A stretch of DNA of 63,994 bases, filler included, from an uncultured Myxococcia bacterium (GTDB lineage Bacteria > CAZTWC01), in the NCBI GenBank assembly GCA_964617105.1. It is 4 parts of 4 records of this genome, joined end to end, with 100 filler letters (N's around TTAATTAATTAA, not from the genome) between each part and the next. Parts side by side here need not be neighbours in the genome. Positions count along the whole stretch, not along the records: positions 1 to 17,868 come from CAZTWC010000051.1; positions 17,969 to 35,775 come from CAZTWC010000052.1; 2 more parts are not named here. The stretch is one strand, 5' to 3'. The translations under genes were made by a program, and so were the position numbers. The notes under the pieces were generated by a model. The model was not told the DNA's origin. It was given only the letters and a program-made list of their open reading frames with translations, and made no database searches. Positions 10,197 through 20,900 of the stretch are shown piece by piece. How positions within the stretch are numbered: the first letter of the stretch is position 1; each line of letters begins with the position of its first letter.

Positions 10197-10753
10197 CAGG
10201 CTCTTTCTGCGTATTGACAGGTGCGGGTGTCCACCTTTATTTTTTCACCTTCATTTAAAAAGAGCGGTACCTGTACCACTACTCCGGTGACTAATTTAGC
10301 CGGTTTGGTGCCTCCAGCGGCGGTATCACCTTTAACTCCCGGCTCAGTTTCTGCTATCTCCAACACCACAAAATTCGGTACCTCCACAGTAAGGGGGACG
10401 TTGTTGTGAAACAGAACATTGGTGCTTATATTGTCGGGCAGAAAATTTTTAGTACTTCCCAGAATTTCGGTGGAGATGCCTATTTGCTCATAGGTCTGTT
10501 GATCCATAAAATAATAATTATCGCCATCGTTGTAGAGATATTCCATCTCCTTCTCTTCCATATCAGGCCGGTCAACCTTGTCTCCGGAACGAAAGGTCTT
10601 GTCCAGCACATTGCCGGTGGACAAACTTTTAATCTTGGTTCTTACAAAGGCACCGCCCTTGCCAGGTTTGACGTGCTGGAAATCAGTAATAATAAAAGGC
10701 TCTCCCCCTATTTCGATCTTAAGTCCTTTTCTAAAATCGGTGGTAGAATACAT
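10196..10753 (-). CDS. efp: Elongation factor P
   Basis: HVKPGKGGAFVR, PGVKGDT, VQVPLF, KVDTR. Confidence 0.97.
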   Translation of the reverse strand: MYSTTDFRKGLKIEIGGEPFIITDFQHVKPGKGGAFVRTKIKSLSTGNVLDKTFRSGDKVDRPDMEEKEMEYLYNDGDNYYFMDQQTYEQIGISTEILGSTKNFLPDNISTNVLFHNNVPLTVEVPNFVVLEIAETEPGVKGDTAAGGTKPAKLVTGVVVQVPLFLNEGEKIKVDTRTCQYAERA

Positions 10754-10789
10754 ATCAATCCTCCCATAACGGTTGTAGTGTAATCATAT

Positions 10790-11215
10790 CTAAATAATAG
10801 CATCCAGAGCATATAGATAACCCCGGTATCCCAGGCCGCTGATTTGTCCTCTGGCCAAAGGCGCAATCAATGATTGGTGCCGAAAACTCTCCCGGCTATA
10901 AATATTGGAGAGATGAACCTCGATGATGGGGCAGGTCAAAACCGCCAAAGCATCCTGTAAAGAGTAACTGTAATGGGTTAAGGCACCGGGATTGATGATA
11001 AGTCCAGCGGTCTTCTCCTTTATCTGGTGGATATAATCAATGATTCGTCCCTCTCCATTGGACTGAAACGCTTTAATTTTAAAGCCTTTTTCTGCCGCCT
11101 TTTCCTCCAACTTAGCAATAATATCTGCCAGAGTCATTGAACCGTATATTTCCGGTTCCCGCTCCCCTAAAAGATTCAGGTTGGGACCATTGATAACGGT
11201 AATTACATTTTTCAT
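10790..11215 (-). CDS. aroQ: Type II 3-dehydroquinate dehydratase
   Basis: NGPNLNLLGEREPEIYG, INPGALTHYS, EVHLSNIYSRESFR. Confidence 0.96.
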   Translation of the reverse strand: MKNVITVINGPNLNLLGEREPEIYGSMTLADIIAKLEEKAAEKGFKIKAFQSNGEGRIIDYIHQIKEKTAGLIINPGALTHYSYSLQDALAVLTCPIIEVHLSNIYSRESFRHQSLIAPLARGQISGLGYRGYLYALDAII

Positions 11216-12057
11216 TTTTCACCTTTCTCGGAAACCGGCTCTATATTTTCCATCAGCAGAGGTAATATTGTCCCGGCTTTGCCCATTAAACTACAGGTGG
11301 AAATGCTGGTAAAAGGGGTAAACTCGCGGTTGACTTCAATAATATCCGCTCCCCTCTCCTTGGCAATGGCAGGAAAAGAGGCTGCCGGGTATACCTGAGC
11401 CGAAGTACCCACAATAATCAACAGATCACACTCTTGCAGGCAACGCTGACTTTTAGTAATGGGCTCCTGGGGCAGTTGCTCACCAAACAAAACTATAGAG
11501 GGGCGCAAGTTACCGCCACAATGAGAACACAAAGGCACCGTCTCTAATAACTTATGTGAATTACCCGATAAATTCAACTCTTTTATCTTCTCGAAAATTT
11601 CCATCAACTGTTGGCGGACAATAGTTTGCTGGGCAGAACACTGTAAGCAGTAGAACTGCACCAGATTGCCGTGCAGACAGATCACCTGGCGGTTTCCAGC
11701 ATCCTGGTGTAAATTATCCACATTCTGGCTAATCACCGCCTTTAATTTGCCCATCTTCTCCAACTGAGCCAAAGCCAGGTGGGCCGGGTTGGGCTTGGCG
11801 GAAAATATCACCTGAATGGTGTCCAATAAAAATTGACACAATCTGGCCGGGTCTTGCTTAAATATGGCGGCAATCCCCTGGGGTTCGGCAAATATCTCCA
11901 TAGGGTAACGAGACCACAGTCCCTTGTTGCCTCGAAAGGTAGGGATACCGCTTTCAGCTGAAATACCGGCTCCGGTAAAAGCCACAATATTCCTGGCTTC
12001 TTTTATCAGTTTTCTGCCCCGGCATAGTTTATCGCTAGTTTCATTTGTTTCTGTCAT
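11212..12057 (-). CDS. cobB: NAD-dependent deacylase, Sir2/CobB family
   Basis: FTGAGISAESGIPTFRG, QNVDNLHQDAG, LHG, CxxC...CxxC, GTSAQVYPAA. Confidence 0.92.
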   Translation of the reverse strand: MTETNETSDKLCRGRKLIKEARNIVAFTGAGISAESGIPTFRGNKGLWSRYPMEIFAEPQGIAAIFKQDPARLCQFLLDTIQVIFSAKPNPAHLALAQLEKMGKLKAVISQNVDNLHQDAGNRQVICLHGNLVQFYCLQCSAQQTIVRQQLMEIFEKIKELNLSGNSHKLLETVPLCSHCGGNLRPSIVLFGEQLPQEPITKSQRCLQECDLLIIVGTSAQVYPAASFPAIAKERGADIIEVNREFTPFTSISTCSLMGKAGTILPLLMENIEPVSEKGEK

Positions 12058-12074
12058 TTATACCTCTCACAAAA

Positions 12075-13607
12075 TCAAAATGATTCCAAGGCCACAGCCC
12101 AGGCTGGTAGAGAAAAAATATCGATGGAAAAAGACCATCCCATAGTAAAATAAACCGTCAGGGTGATCAATATGGCGCCTAAAAAATTCATAGCCACCCC
12201 CTGTTTGGCCATTTCTGGCAATCGTAAACGGCCGGAAGCAAAAACAATCGCATTGGGTGGAGTGGCAACCGGCAGCATAAAGGCGCAAGAGGCAGAGAGA
12301 GCAGCCGGGATCATTAAAACCATGGGATTTATCTCCTGGGCCAGCGCTGCCGAAGCTAAAAATGGCAACATTATGGTGCAGGTGGCAGTATTGGAGTTGA
12401 CCTCAGTTAAAAAGGTTACCACCAAACAAATTATCACAATCACTAAAATAATAGGTAGCGCTTTGAGGACCCCCATTTGACCGGCTAGCCAGGTGGCCAA
12501 TCCCGATTTTTGGATGGCGGCTGCCAGCGAAAAACCACCGCCAAACAGTACCAGTACTCCCCAGGGTATCTTTTGGGCGTCTTCCCATTGTAAAAGAAAA
12601 ACTCCCTTTCGCCGGTCTACCGGTATGATAAAGCAGATAATTGCCACCAACATAACCACGGTGGAATCACCTACCCGGCACGAAGAGGGAAGCCATTGGT
12701 TCCAGCCAGGATAGTTGCCTCCTCCCCGGGTGCACCACAGGAGAATCAGTAAGACAAAACATATTGAGGTTAGAATTTCTCCTCTTGACATGGGACCCAG
12801 TTTTAATCTTTGCTCTTTTATCACCTGTTGATTTTTTTCCAGTTGGGCACCTGTCTCTGCTTTCATGGGATAGGCTATCCAAGTCAAATAGAACCAGGCT
12901 ATAAATAAAAAGAGGGTGGAAACCGGCGCGGCAAAGAGAAACCAACCTAAGAAACTTATGGGCGGGGCATGGGGAAAAAGTTGGTTAAAGGTTCCAGCCA
13001 AAACCGCGTTAGGAGGAGTGCCAATTAAAGTGGCCATCCCGCCAACACTGGCGCTGTATGCCACTCCCAGCAAAAGAGCGGTGGAGAGACGAGAATTGTG
13101 GTTTTCTCCCTCTAATGTGGTCATAATTGCCAGGCACAAGGGGAGCATGATCAAGGTGGTGGAGGTATTAGATATCCACATGGAAAGAAAAAAAGTGGCC
13201 AGCATGAAGCCCAGAATCAATCTCCTGGGACCACCACCAACAGTGCTGACAATAGCCAGGGCCATTCGCAAATGTAGCCGCCAACGCTCAATAGCCCTGG
13301 CCATCAAAAAACCGCCCATCATCAGGAAAATCAGATGGTGGCCATAGGGAGCAGCAGCCTCTTTGGGAGTCAAAATTCCCAACAGGGGAAACAAAACCAG
13401 GGGAACCAGGGCGGTGGTATAAATCGGCAAAGCCTCGGTTATCCACCAGATTGCCATTAGGATAACCACCCCCAAAGCCAGTTGTCCTTTTAAGGGAATT
13501 GTCGAAGATATCTCTATGACCGAGAAAAAAACCAGGCAAAACAGACCGAGAAAAAAACCGAAGTATTTTCTTTTGAATGATTTTGAAGTATTTGCGGAAG
13601 ATTTCAT
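12075..13607 (-). CDS. DASS/SLC13 Na+:dicarboxylate or sulfate symporter
   Basis: SMWISNT, GTPPN, EVNSNTAT, AFMLPVATPPNAIV; multiple TM helices. Confidence 0.92.
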   Translation of the reverse strand: MKSSANTSKSFKRKYFGFFLGLFCLVFFSVIEISSTIPLKGQLALGVVILMAIWWITEALPIYTTALVPLVLFPLLGILTPKEAAAPYGHHLIFLMMGGFLMARAIERWRLHLRMALAIVSTVGGGPRRLILGFMLATFFLSMWISNTSTTLIMLPLCLAIMTTLEGENHNSRLSTALLLGVAYSASVGGMATLIGTPPNAVLAGTFNQLFPHAPPISFLGWFLFAAPVSTLFLFIAWFYLTWIAYPMKAETGAQLEKNQQVIKEQRLKLGPMSRGEILTSICFVLLILLWCTRGGGNYPGWNQWLPSSCRVGDSTVVMLVAIICFIIPVDRRKGVFLLQWEDAQKIPWGVLVLFGGGFSLAAAIQKSGLATWLAGQMGVLKALPIILVIVIICLVVTFLTEVNSNTATCTIMLPFLASAALAQEINPMVLMIPAALSASCAFMLPVATPPNAIVFASGRLRLPEMAKQGVAMNFLGAILITLTVYFTMGWSFSIDIFSLPAWAVALESF

Positions 13608-14309
13608 TTAGGGATTTTCATCTTCTCCTGTATCAGTGCTGCTATTATCTTTGGTTTCATCAGGCACTAACTCTTTTTCTTTACCTTTTTTCTGTATACT
13701 ATCCAATTTGTCCTGAAAGAGTTCCAACTGGCCTTTGGCTATCAAATACAGGCGGTGGTTGTTTTCTGCTTTTTTTCTATATTTGATCAGCATTCTTTCC
13801 TGTTTGGCAAACCTTTCCTGCTCATTTTTTAATTGGGAGTATAACTGCTCATTTTTTTTCTTATACTTCTGTTCCTGATCATCCATCTTCTTTAGATATT
13901 GATCCTCAGCACCCCCAAATTTCTTCTTTACCGCAATATCTAACTCATCAACTTTTTCCTTCGCTTGGGAAAATTGTTTCTGCGCATTTTCCTTTTCTCT
14001 GGTCAACTTATTATGTTGATCCTGCAAAGATTTAAAGTCTTTTTTTTCTCTAAAAATCAAATCTTCCTTGTCTTTTAGTTCCTGGGCAAACTGTGCCTGT
14101 TTTTCATCAAAACTCTTAGCAGCTTCACTGAGTTGAAAATTGCGTTTTTTTATGGTTTTAATCTTGTTTTGTAATTCATTGTTTTCCGCCTTTTTCTCCT
14201 CGACTTGCTTAATCGTTTTTTTTAAGGCTCTTTGCCGCTCTTCACTAGTGGCTTTTACGTTTTCTAACTCAATAGCCATCTCTTTAATTTTCTTTTTGCC
14301 AAAAAACAT
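13608..14309 (-). CDS. Lys/Glu-rich coiled-coil hypothetical protein
   Basis: 233-aa heptad-rich ORF, GGAGG RBS, in operon context. Confidence 0.75.
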   Translation of the reverse strand: MFFGKKKIKEMAIELENVKATSEERQRALKKTIKQVEEKKAENNELQNKIKTIKKRNFQLSEAAKSFDEKQAQFAQELKDKEDLIFREKKDFKSLQDQHNKLTREKENAQKQFSQAKEKVDELDIAVKKKFGGAEDQYLKKMDDQEQKYKKKNEQLYSQLKNEQERFAKQERMLIKYRKKAENNHRLYLIAKGQLELFQDKLDSIQKKGKEKELVPDETKDNSSTDTGEDENP

Positions 14310-14352
14310 TTTTCCTCCTGTTTAGCACCTATCCATAAGTGCCTGTCCAAAC

Positions 14353-14973
14353 CTAATGTTTGGTAACAAAGGTTTTTAACCCCTCTTTTTGCTCAAATTG
14401 CAGGCGAAAACTCTCCGCCAGAGGGCGGCTGTCAAAATCGCCCAGCCTTACCCGGTACCACCGTCCCCGCTCCTGAAGATCAACTTCTGTGATATAAACA
14501 TCGTAACCCTTTTTTTGTAAATCCCTGGCAAATCCAATAGCCTGGTCTTTTTGGCTCTGTATAAAAGCGGTCACCTGAATAGTGAATTTGCCCGTAGCCG
14601 TCCGGTTGGTAAAATGATTTAGCAGCATCTGGGCTCTTTCCATATCCAATGCTACCTCTTGAGGATCAACTATCTGGTTCTGTTTATCTTCCTCTAAATC
14701 CAAAGACACATCTATATGATGGGTATCAGTTACTATCTTCCCTTTTTTACTGTTGATAATTTTGCTTTTTTTCTGACTCTCTTCCAGTTTAAGACATTGG
14801 TTCAATTGAGTTTGCATTTTTTCCGATTCTGCCCGCAGATAGTTTTTCCCTACCATTACACCCAATAAAAAACTGGTACACACCAAGACAATGGAAACCA
14901 CCACAATATAAAAAATATGCCGGTTATCCAATCGAAACGATATTTTCTCCTTTAGTTTGGTCAAATCTCGCAT
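14353..14973 (-). CDS. SPOR-domain bitopic membrane protein (FtsN/DedD-like)
   Basis: TM helix near the N-terminus; C-terminal FTIQVTAF...GRWYRVRLGDF SPOR pattern. Confidence 0.85.
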   Translation of the reverse strand: MRDLTKLKEKISFRLDNRHIFYIVVVSIVLVCTSFLLGVMVGKNYLRAESEKMQTQLNQCLKLEESQKKSKIINSKKGKIVTDTHHIDVSLDLEEDKQNQIVDPQEVALDMERAQMLLNHFTNRTATGKFTIQVTAFIQSQKDQAIGFARDLQKKGYDVYITEVDLQERGRWYRVRLGDFDSRPLAESFRLQFEQKEGLKTFVTKH

Positions 14974-15002
14974 ACTGGTTAGCCTCTCGGGAATTATTTT
15001 TG

Positions 15003-15695
15003 CTAAATCAGGTTAAAAATTTTATCGGTTACAAAGGTCATTTGCAAAACAATCTTTAATTTTATCTTGCCTGCCGGAATTGCCGGAGGTTTATGGGTTG
15101 AATATTTTATCAACACCCTGAGCAGATAATTGAAACGATATTTTAATAGCGCAGCAACCAATTCACTTTTGCCGCCTGGTATGAATTCCGCCACCCCTTT
15201 GCCGGTAACAGCTCCTGGTAAAGGAGGGAATTTGCCTATTAACGATGGCTGGTAACCACTCTTATCCCCCAAAAAATATTGGATAGAACTTATATCGTGG
15301 GTCAGGCTGTTTGACTCAATCTGATAGCTAAAGGAATCAATATATACATCCTCGATCCGGTCAGCATACTTGCTGATCTGGTTATTCCCGGTAAAATCTT
15401 TGGAGCCCATCCTCTCCAGGAAATGATCTACTTTTACCTCTGGAATATCATCGGGCCAGTGATTGGGAATTCCCTCCTGGATATATAAACCTAATTCTGA
15501 ATACCTTGCCAACTCCCCGGTTAACTTTTGGATATCTTCTGAGCCAATGGCAAATTCATACTCCTCCTCCAAAGTATAGGGTATATAAACCGCCGAGCAG
15601 CCCAAATGCAATAAAGCCAAGGTAATCACCAGGATGGTGCCCAGAAAAAATATCCCATAACTGCAGACTACCTTCTTTTTCCTCCAATAATTCAA
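15003..15695 (-). CDS. Putative lipoprotein of unknown function
   Basis: Basic N-terminus, hydrophobic stretch and LGC lipobox-like motif. Confidence 0.6.
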   Translation of the reverse strand: MNYWRKKKVVCSYGIFFLGTILVITLALLHLGCSAVYIPYTLEEEYEFAIGSEDIQKLTGELARYSELGLYIQEGIPNHWPDDIPEVKVDHFLERMGSKDFTGNNQISKYADRIEDVYIDSFSYQIESNSLTHDISSIQYFLGDKSGYQPSLIGKFPPLPGAVTGKGVAEFIPGGKSELVAALLKYRFNYLLRVLIKYSTHKPPAIPAGKIKLKIVLQMTFVTDKIFNLI

Positions 15696-15709
15696 CCGGT
15701 TACTAATAC

Positions 15710-16663
15710 TTATCCCTCCTCTTCAACTACCCATTGAGCAGCGAATAGATGCTCCATCACCTGCTCAGAAAGGGTAAAAGGATCAATCTTACTCGCCAGT
15801 TGACGGTGCACTTCCTTTTCAATCTCTTTACGGGATAGCCACTGTTCGGTTTTTTTATTCAATTTGTAACGCAAAATCTGCTTAAACTCTTCCTGCAGCC
15901 GCCAAAGTTCATCTTTTTTTGGCCTTTGAGCATCATTTTGAATAGACGCTATTAAAAGATCGATTCCCTTATTTAAAATGGCCGATGTTTTAATCACCGG
16001 CCGCCTATCCTGAACCTCATTTATTTCAGCCAATTCAACCGCCACCTGGTCAGCGCCAGGTAAATCTGACTTGTTGATGGCAAAAATATCTGCAATCTCC
16101 ATCACTCCCGCCTTAATAGACTGGATATCATCTCCCTGCCCCGGGGCCAAGAGCACCACCGACACATCAGCAACTTTGATAATATCGACCTCATCCTGAC
16201 CAACACCCACGGTTTCCACTATAACCACCTCCATCCCCAAAGCCTTCATAACCCTGATGGCACTCCCGGCAGCAATAGACAAGCCCCCGGTCTGCCCTCT
16301 GGTGGCCATAGAACGGATAAAAACTCCTGGATCGTTGGCATAACGCTGCATCCTGACCCGGTCGCCTAATATTGCGCCTCCGCTAAAAGGACTGCTGGGA
16401 TCCACAGCCAGAACTCCAACTTTTCTTCCCTGTTGGCGGTAATTGCCAATCATTTTTTCAATCAGGGTGGATTTGCCAGAACCTGGTGCTCCGGTAATTC
16501 CTACCACCAGGCCGGTTTTCTGTTGATTAAACAGACTACGGTAAACTTGGTAGGCCCAGGGCGTCTCATTCTCCAGAGCAGTAATTAATTTGGCTGCTGC
16601 CCGGATCTCTCCTTTCAAGATCGCCTTAATTAACCGGCTGCCTTTTTGGCCTTGCGACTTCAC
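15710..16663 (-). CDS. meaB: Methylmalonyl-CoA mutase-associated GTPase
   Basis: GITGAPGSGKST, AVDPSSPFSGGAILGDRVRM, ETVGVGQDE, NKSD. Confidence 0.93.
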   Translation of the reverse strand: MKSQGQKGSRLIKAILKGEIRAAAKLITALENETPWAYQVYRSLFNQQKTGLVVGITGAPGSGKSTLIEKMIGNYRQQGRKVGVLAVDPSSPFSGGAILGDRVRMQRYANDPGVFIRSMATRGQTGGLSIAAGSAIRVMKALGMEVVIVETVGVGQDEVDIIKVADVSVVLLAPGQGDDIQSIKAGVMEIADIFAINKSDLPGADQVAVELAEINEVQDRRPVIKTSAILNKGIDLLIASIQNDAQRPKKDELWRLQEEFKQILRYKLNKKTEQWLSRKEIEKEVHRQLASKIDPFTLSEQVMEHLFAAQWVVEEEG

Positions 16664-16674
16664 AGTAAAAGTAA

Positions 16675-17811
16675 TCAGGTCAGGATATTACGGGCAATTA
16701 CTAATCGTTGCACCTCGCTGGTGCCCTCCCCTATCTCCAACAATTTGGCGTCACGATAATACCTCTCTACCGGGTATTCCGCAGTATAACCATAGCCTCC
16801 ATGAATTTGTACCGCTTTAGTAGCCGCCCTCATAGCAGTTTCTGAGGCAAATAACTTGGCCATGGCCGATTCGGTGGTATGACGTTTTCCCTGATCCGCC
16901 ATGGAAGCACAACGATGTACCATCAGCCGGGCGGCATCTATTTCAGTGGCCATGTCAGCAATCATCCATTGAATAGCCTGAAATTTCCCTAAAGATTTAC
17001 CAAATTGCACCCTCTCATTGGCATACCGGGCCGCTTCCTCCATAGCCCCCCTGGCGATACCTACTCCCAAAGCACCGATGGTGATTCTCCCCTTGTCTAA
17101 TACTTGCAAGGTATCGAGAAAACCATGATTGATTTCTCCCAGCCGATTTTCATCTGGCACTTCCACCTCATCAAAAACCAACTCTGCAGTATCGGATGAG
17201 CGCACCCCCAATTTGTGATGAATTGGAGAGGATGAAAATCCTTTCATCCCCTTTTCAAGAATAAATGCGGTTATGCCCTTCTGTTTCTTGGCTGGCTCGG
17301 TGTTAGCCAAAACAACACAAATGTCCCCAACCGTACCCTGGGTAATAAATACTTTGGAACCATTGATAATCCATTTATCTCCCACTTTTTTAGCCGAAGT
17401 CTTCATTCCCGATGCATCAGAGCCGGAATTAGGTTCAGTCAATCCCCAGGCGCCCAGAGTGCCACTACAGAGCCGGGGCAAATACTTTTTCTTCTGTTCA
17501 TGATTGGCAGCATATAAAATGTGTCCGGTGCATAAGCAATTATGGGAAGCCACCGTAAGACCAAAAGAGCCATCGTACCGGCCTATCTCCTCCACGGCAA
17601 TGGCCATGGCTACATACCCTACCTCCGGTCCGCCGTATTCCTCTGGTACCGCCATCCCCAACAACCCCAAATCAGCCGCTTTTTGCACTGTTTCCATGGG
17701 AAACTTTTCTTCCCGATCCCACTGCGATGCATTGGGAGCTATCTCTCTTTCGGCAAACTCTTTGACCATCTCTTTAATCATTTGCTGGTTTTCTAATAAA
17801 TCAAAATTCAT
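16675..17811 (-). CDS. Acyl-CoA dehydrogenase
   Basis: [44 protein letters not shown]. Confidence 0.95.
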   Translation of the reverse strand: MNFDLLENQQMIKEMVKEFAEREIAPNASQWDREEKFPMETVQKAADLGLLGMAVPEEYGGPEVGYVAMAIAVEEIGRYDGSFGLTVASHNCLCTGHILYAANHEQKKKYLPRLCSGTLGAWGLTEPNSGSDASGMKTSAKKVGDKWIINGSKVFITQGTVGDICVVLANTEPAKKQKGITAFILEKGMKGFSSSPIHHKLGVRSSDTAELVFDEVEVPDENRLGEINHGFLDTLQVLDKGRITIGALGVGIARGAMEEAARYANERVQFGKSLGKFQAIQWMIADMATEIDAARLMVHRCASMADQGKRHTTESAMAKLFASETAMRAATKAVQIHGGYGYTAEYPVERYYRDAKLLEIGEGTSEVQRLVIARNILT

Positions 17812-17868
17812 CTTAGCCTCCTTAATTAGTTTCCGTCCGAACCACTTCTCCGTGTGCCGAAGTGAATT

Positions 17869-17968
17869 NNNNNNNNNNNNNNNNNNNNNNNNNNNNNNNN
17901 NNNNNNNNNNNNTTAATTAATTAANNNNNNNNNNNNNNNNNNNNNNNNNNNNNNNNNNNNNNNNNNNN
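17869..17968. other. Artificial contig linker
   Basis: N44-TTAATTAATTAA-N44 six-frame stop spacer. Confidence 0.99.
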
Positions 17969-17969
17969 A

Positions 17970-20900
17970 GATGTCAGAGATATTATGAATAAAACTTTTG
18001 CCGCCATCAGCAGCCAAATAGAGTCTTTTGGAGGTAGAATTGACAAGTATATCGGCGACTGCGTAATGGCCATCTTCGGGTTACCCATCTCTTATGAAGA
18101 CGATGCCGCCAAGGCGGTTAAAGCAGCCCTTAATATGCAAAAAGTTCTGCATGGTCTCAAGCGGGAAATGAAAGATACTTACCAGGTATCGATCAATATG
18201 AGAGTTGGGATAAACACCGGAAAAGTGATGTTCGGGTTGGTGGGCGGTCAAGGGACTAGTTCCTATACGGTTATGGGTGATACTGTAAATCTGGCTTCTC
18301 GACTGGAGGCTTTTTGTCCAGAAGGGAGTGTCTTGATCAGCAGTGAAACTTTTAACCAGGTGAAGGGCGACTTTAGTATCCGCCAGTTGAAACCGATTAA
18401 GGTTAAGGGGAAAAAAAATCCCATCCCCATTTGCGAAGTATTGGCTGAATGTACACCCTGGAAATATTCGGAACCGGTTCTGGGCGGAGAATTATTAGGA
18501 AGAGAGAAACAATTACAGTTGATCCAGCAAGTTTATAAACAGGCGGTCAAAAATTCAGAGGTGGCGGCCGTTTTGGTTAGAGGACGTCCCGGAGTGGGAA
18601 AAAGCCGGCTATTAAAAGAGGTTCTATCTCGCATAAGCCAGGAGGGAAACATCCTTATCTTATACTCTGACACCGGCGGCTCAGGGGCCAAGCCTTTCCA
18701 GGTGCTAAAAAATTTGCTGATGGGTTACTGTGGCGCTGTAATCGAGGATAACCAGAAAACAGTGGCAGAAAAATTACAGGAACGGTTGTTGATAGATTTG
18801 TTTTGGCGGCCTAAACAGCAGATAGGTTCGTTTACCCGACCCCGTCCCGGTACCCAGGAATACGCCAAGGTTAAAAAATTGACCAGTATCGCCCTGGCTC
18901 TTCTTTTTAACGAAGCCAAACCAGGAGAAGAGAAGGCAAATACAATTTCAGAAGAGTATCTCTATCTGCTGGACCAGATATTCTCATCTTTGGCGTTCAA
19001 TATTCCCATTATAATTGAGGTTCCCAAAATACACCTGATCGATGAGTTAACCTTAAAATCTATTAAGAAGTTGATCTGCATGCTTAAGGGCAAGGTTTTG
19101 TTTTTGTTGGAATCAAACTTGCATGGTAAAATAGAACGGCTTTTTGCTGACCAAATTTCCCAAAACATGAAAATTATCCGTCTCAGACGTTTGGATAATA
19201 ATACTATAAATACCATTGCCTCCAAAATTATAGGCCGATTATCGGGCTCCGATGCCAAAAAATCTCTGTTTATTAGGTTTCTGGCGGAATTGGCTCAAGG
19301 TAATCCCTTTTATTTGGAGCAGTTTGTGCAGACTATGCATGACAGAAAAATTATCCGCCAGGAAAACAATAAAAGTTGGTCGGTTAATTATAAAGCCGCT
19401 ATGAAAATGAAACTGCCGCCTAAAATTCAGGTAAAAATTCAAGCGGAAATCGATAGCATTCAGCCGGCTCCTAAGGCGTTTCTGCAGGTGGCCTCAGTAT
19501 TTGAACCGACCTTTTTGCCCCAGGCTGTTTTTGCCCTGTCAGAACTAAAAGATTGTCAGCAAATTTTTCAATACCTCAATGAGCGGGAATTGTTGCAAAA
19601 AGTAACTCAAACTACTTTTCCCGACCAGGATGATTACTGCTTTTCTGACAAGTGGATGAGAAACATCCTGTACGATAGTTTATTGGCCCGGCAGAGAGAG
19701 GAGTTGCACTACAAAATAGTGAAGTGGCTGGAGGAGAAAAACTGGAATCATTTTACCGCCTATTGGCTGATGCTGGCAAGTCACCTTAAAAAGATAGGCG
19801 ATGTTACCGAAAGCGCCGATAAATATGTCAAAGCGGCCCAGTTAGCTCATCAACAAGGGCAACCATTAAGCAAAGTGCTGCTCTATTACCGTCAGGCCAG
19901 AGAGTTGCTTCCCGGACAAGAATCCCAGTGGAAAAACGATAAAAATAAGCAGTTGGAAATAAGTGGTGAGATTATAAATCTGCTCATTAAAACGGGGCAA
20001 CTAGAGAAGGCTGAAACAGAATTGGTGAAGATGGCTGATATAACCCGATTGCAGGGAGGCAAAGGCTATCAAGGTCAGGTGGAATTATTACGAGGAGATC
20101 TGTGGCAGTCTAAGGGAAATCTGGCCAGGGCAGAACATTTTTTCCATCGGGGTCTGGAGATTTTTCACCAGGCTGGACTCTGGTGCCAAAAGACTGAAAC
20201 TTTACTGAAAATCGGTCGGCTAAATATAGAAAAAGGCTACTATGAGGAAGCCTTACAGCCAGTTTTACAGGCTCTGGATTTGAGTAGCCAGAGAGATGAT
20301 TCAAAGTCGGCGGAAAAACATCTGGTTGAGATATATACCTTTTTAGTAAAGATTTCAGATAACTTGTCAATGTATGAAGATATGGCCAACTATGCTTGCG
20401 TTGGTCTGGAATTTGCTCAGAAAGAAAATAACTTTCAAGCAGGTTTGGATTTGCAAATATCCAGCGCTATGGCTCAATATCGTTTAAACAATTGGCAAAG
20501 TGCTGCAGATGGTTTTATTGCATGTTATAACCTGATGGTAAATAAACCGGAGCATCATTACCAAAACCTGTTGAAAATTGTTCCTTTACTTTTAGATTCC
20601 CTAATATTTGCTCATCAACTAGACCGGGCTCAGGCCTTTGTCAAGCATGGACTAAAATTATATTCCAGCGGCATACTGGAGCATTTACGCATCTATTTTA
20701 AACTGGCTACTTTGGATATTTTTCTGCTGCTGGGAAACATTACTGTTTGCCGGCAATTATCAGATGAAATAGAAAAAAACATTGCCAGGGAGGACATTGG
20801 CACCCAATCACGATTTTGGTTGCTAAAGGGGCAGGTGGTGGATTCAGACGGTGACGAAAAAGGGAAAAATGTAGAAACAAAAAAACTGACTGCTCTTTTA

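Noticed and set aside
17869-17968. Repeated TTAATTAATTAA flanked by N runs (also 35776-35875 and 53545-53644)
   Set aside because: Artificial six-frame-stop contig spacer; not biological, and synteny across it is invalid
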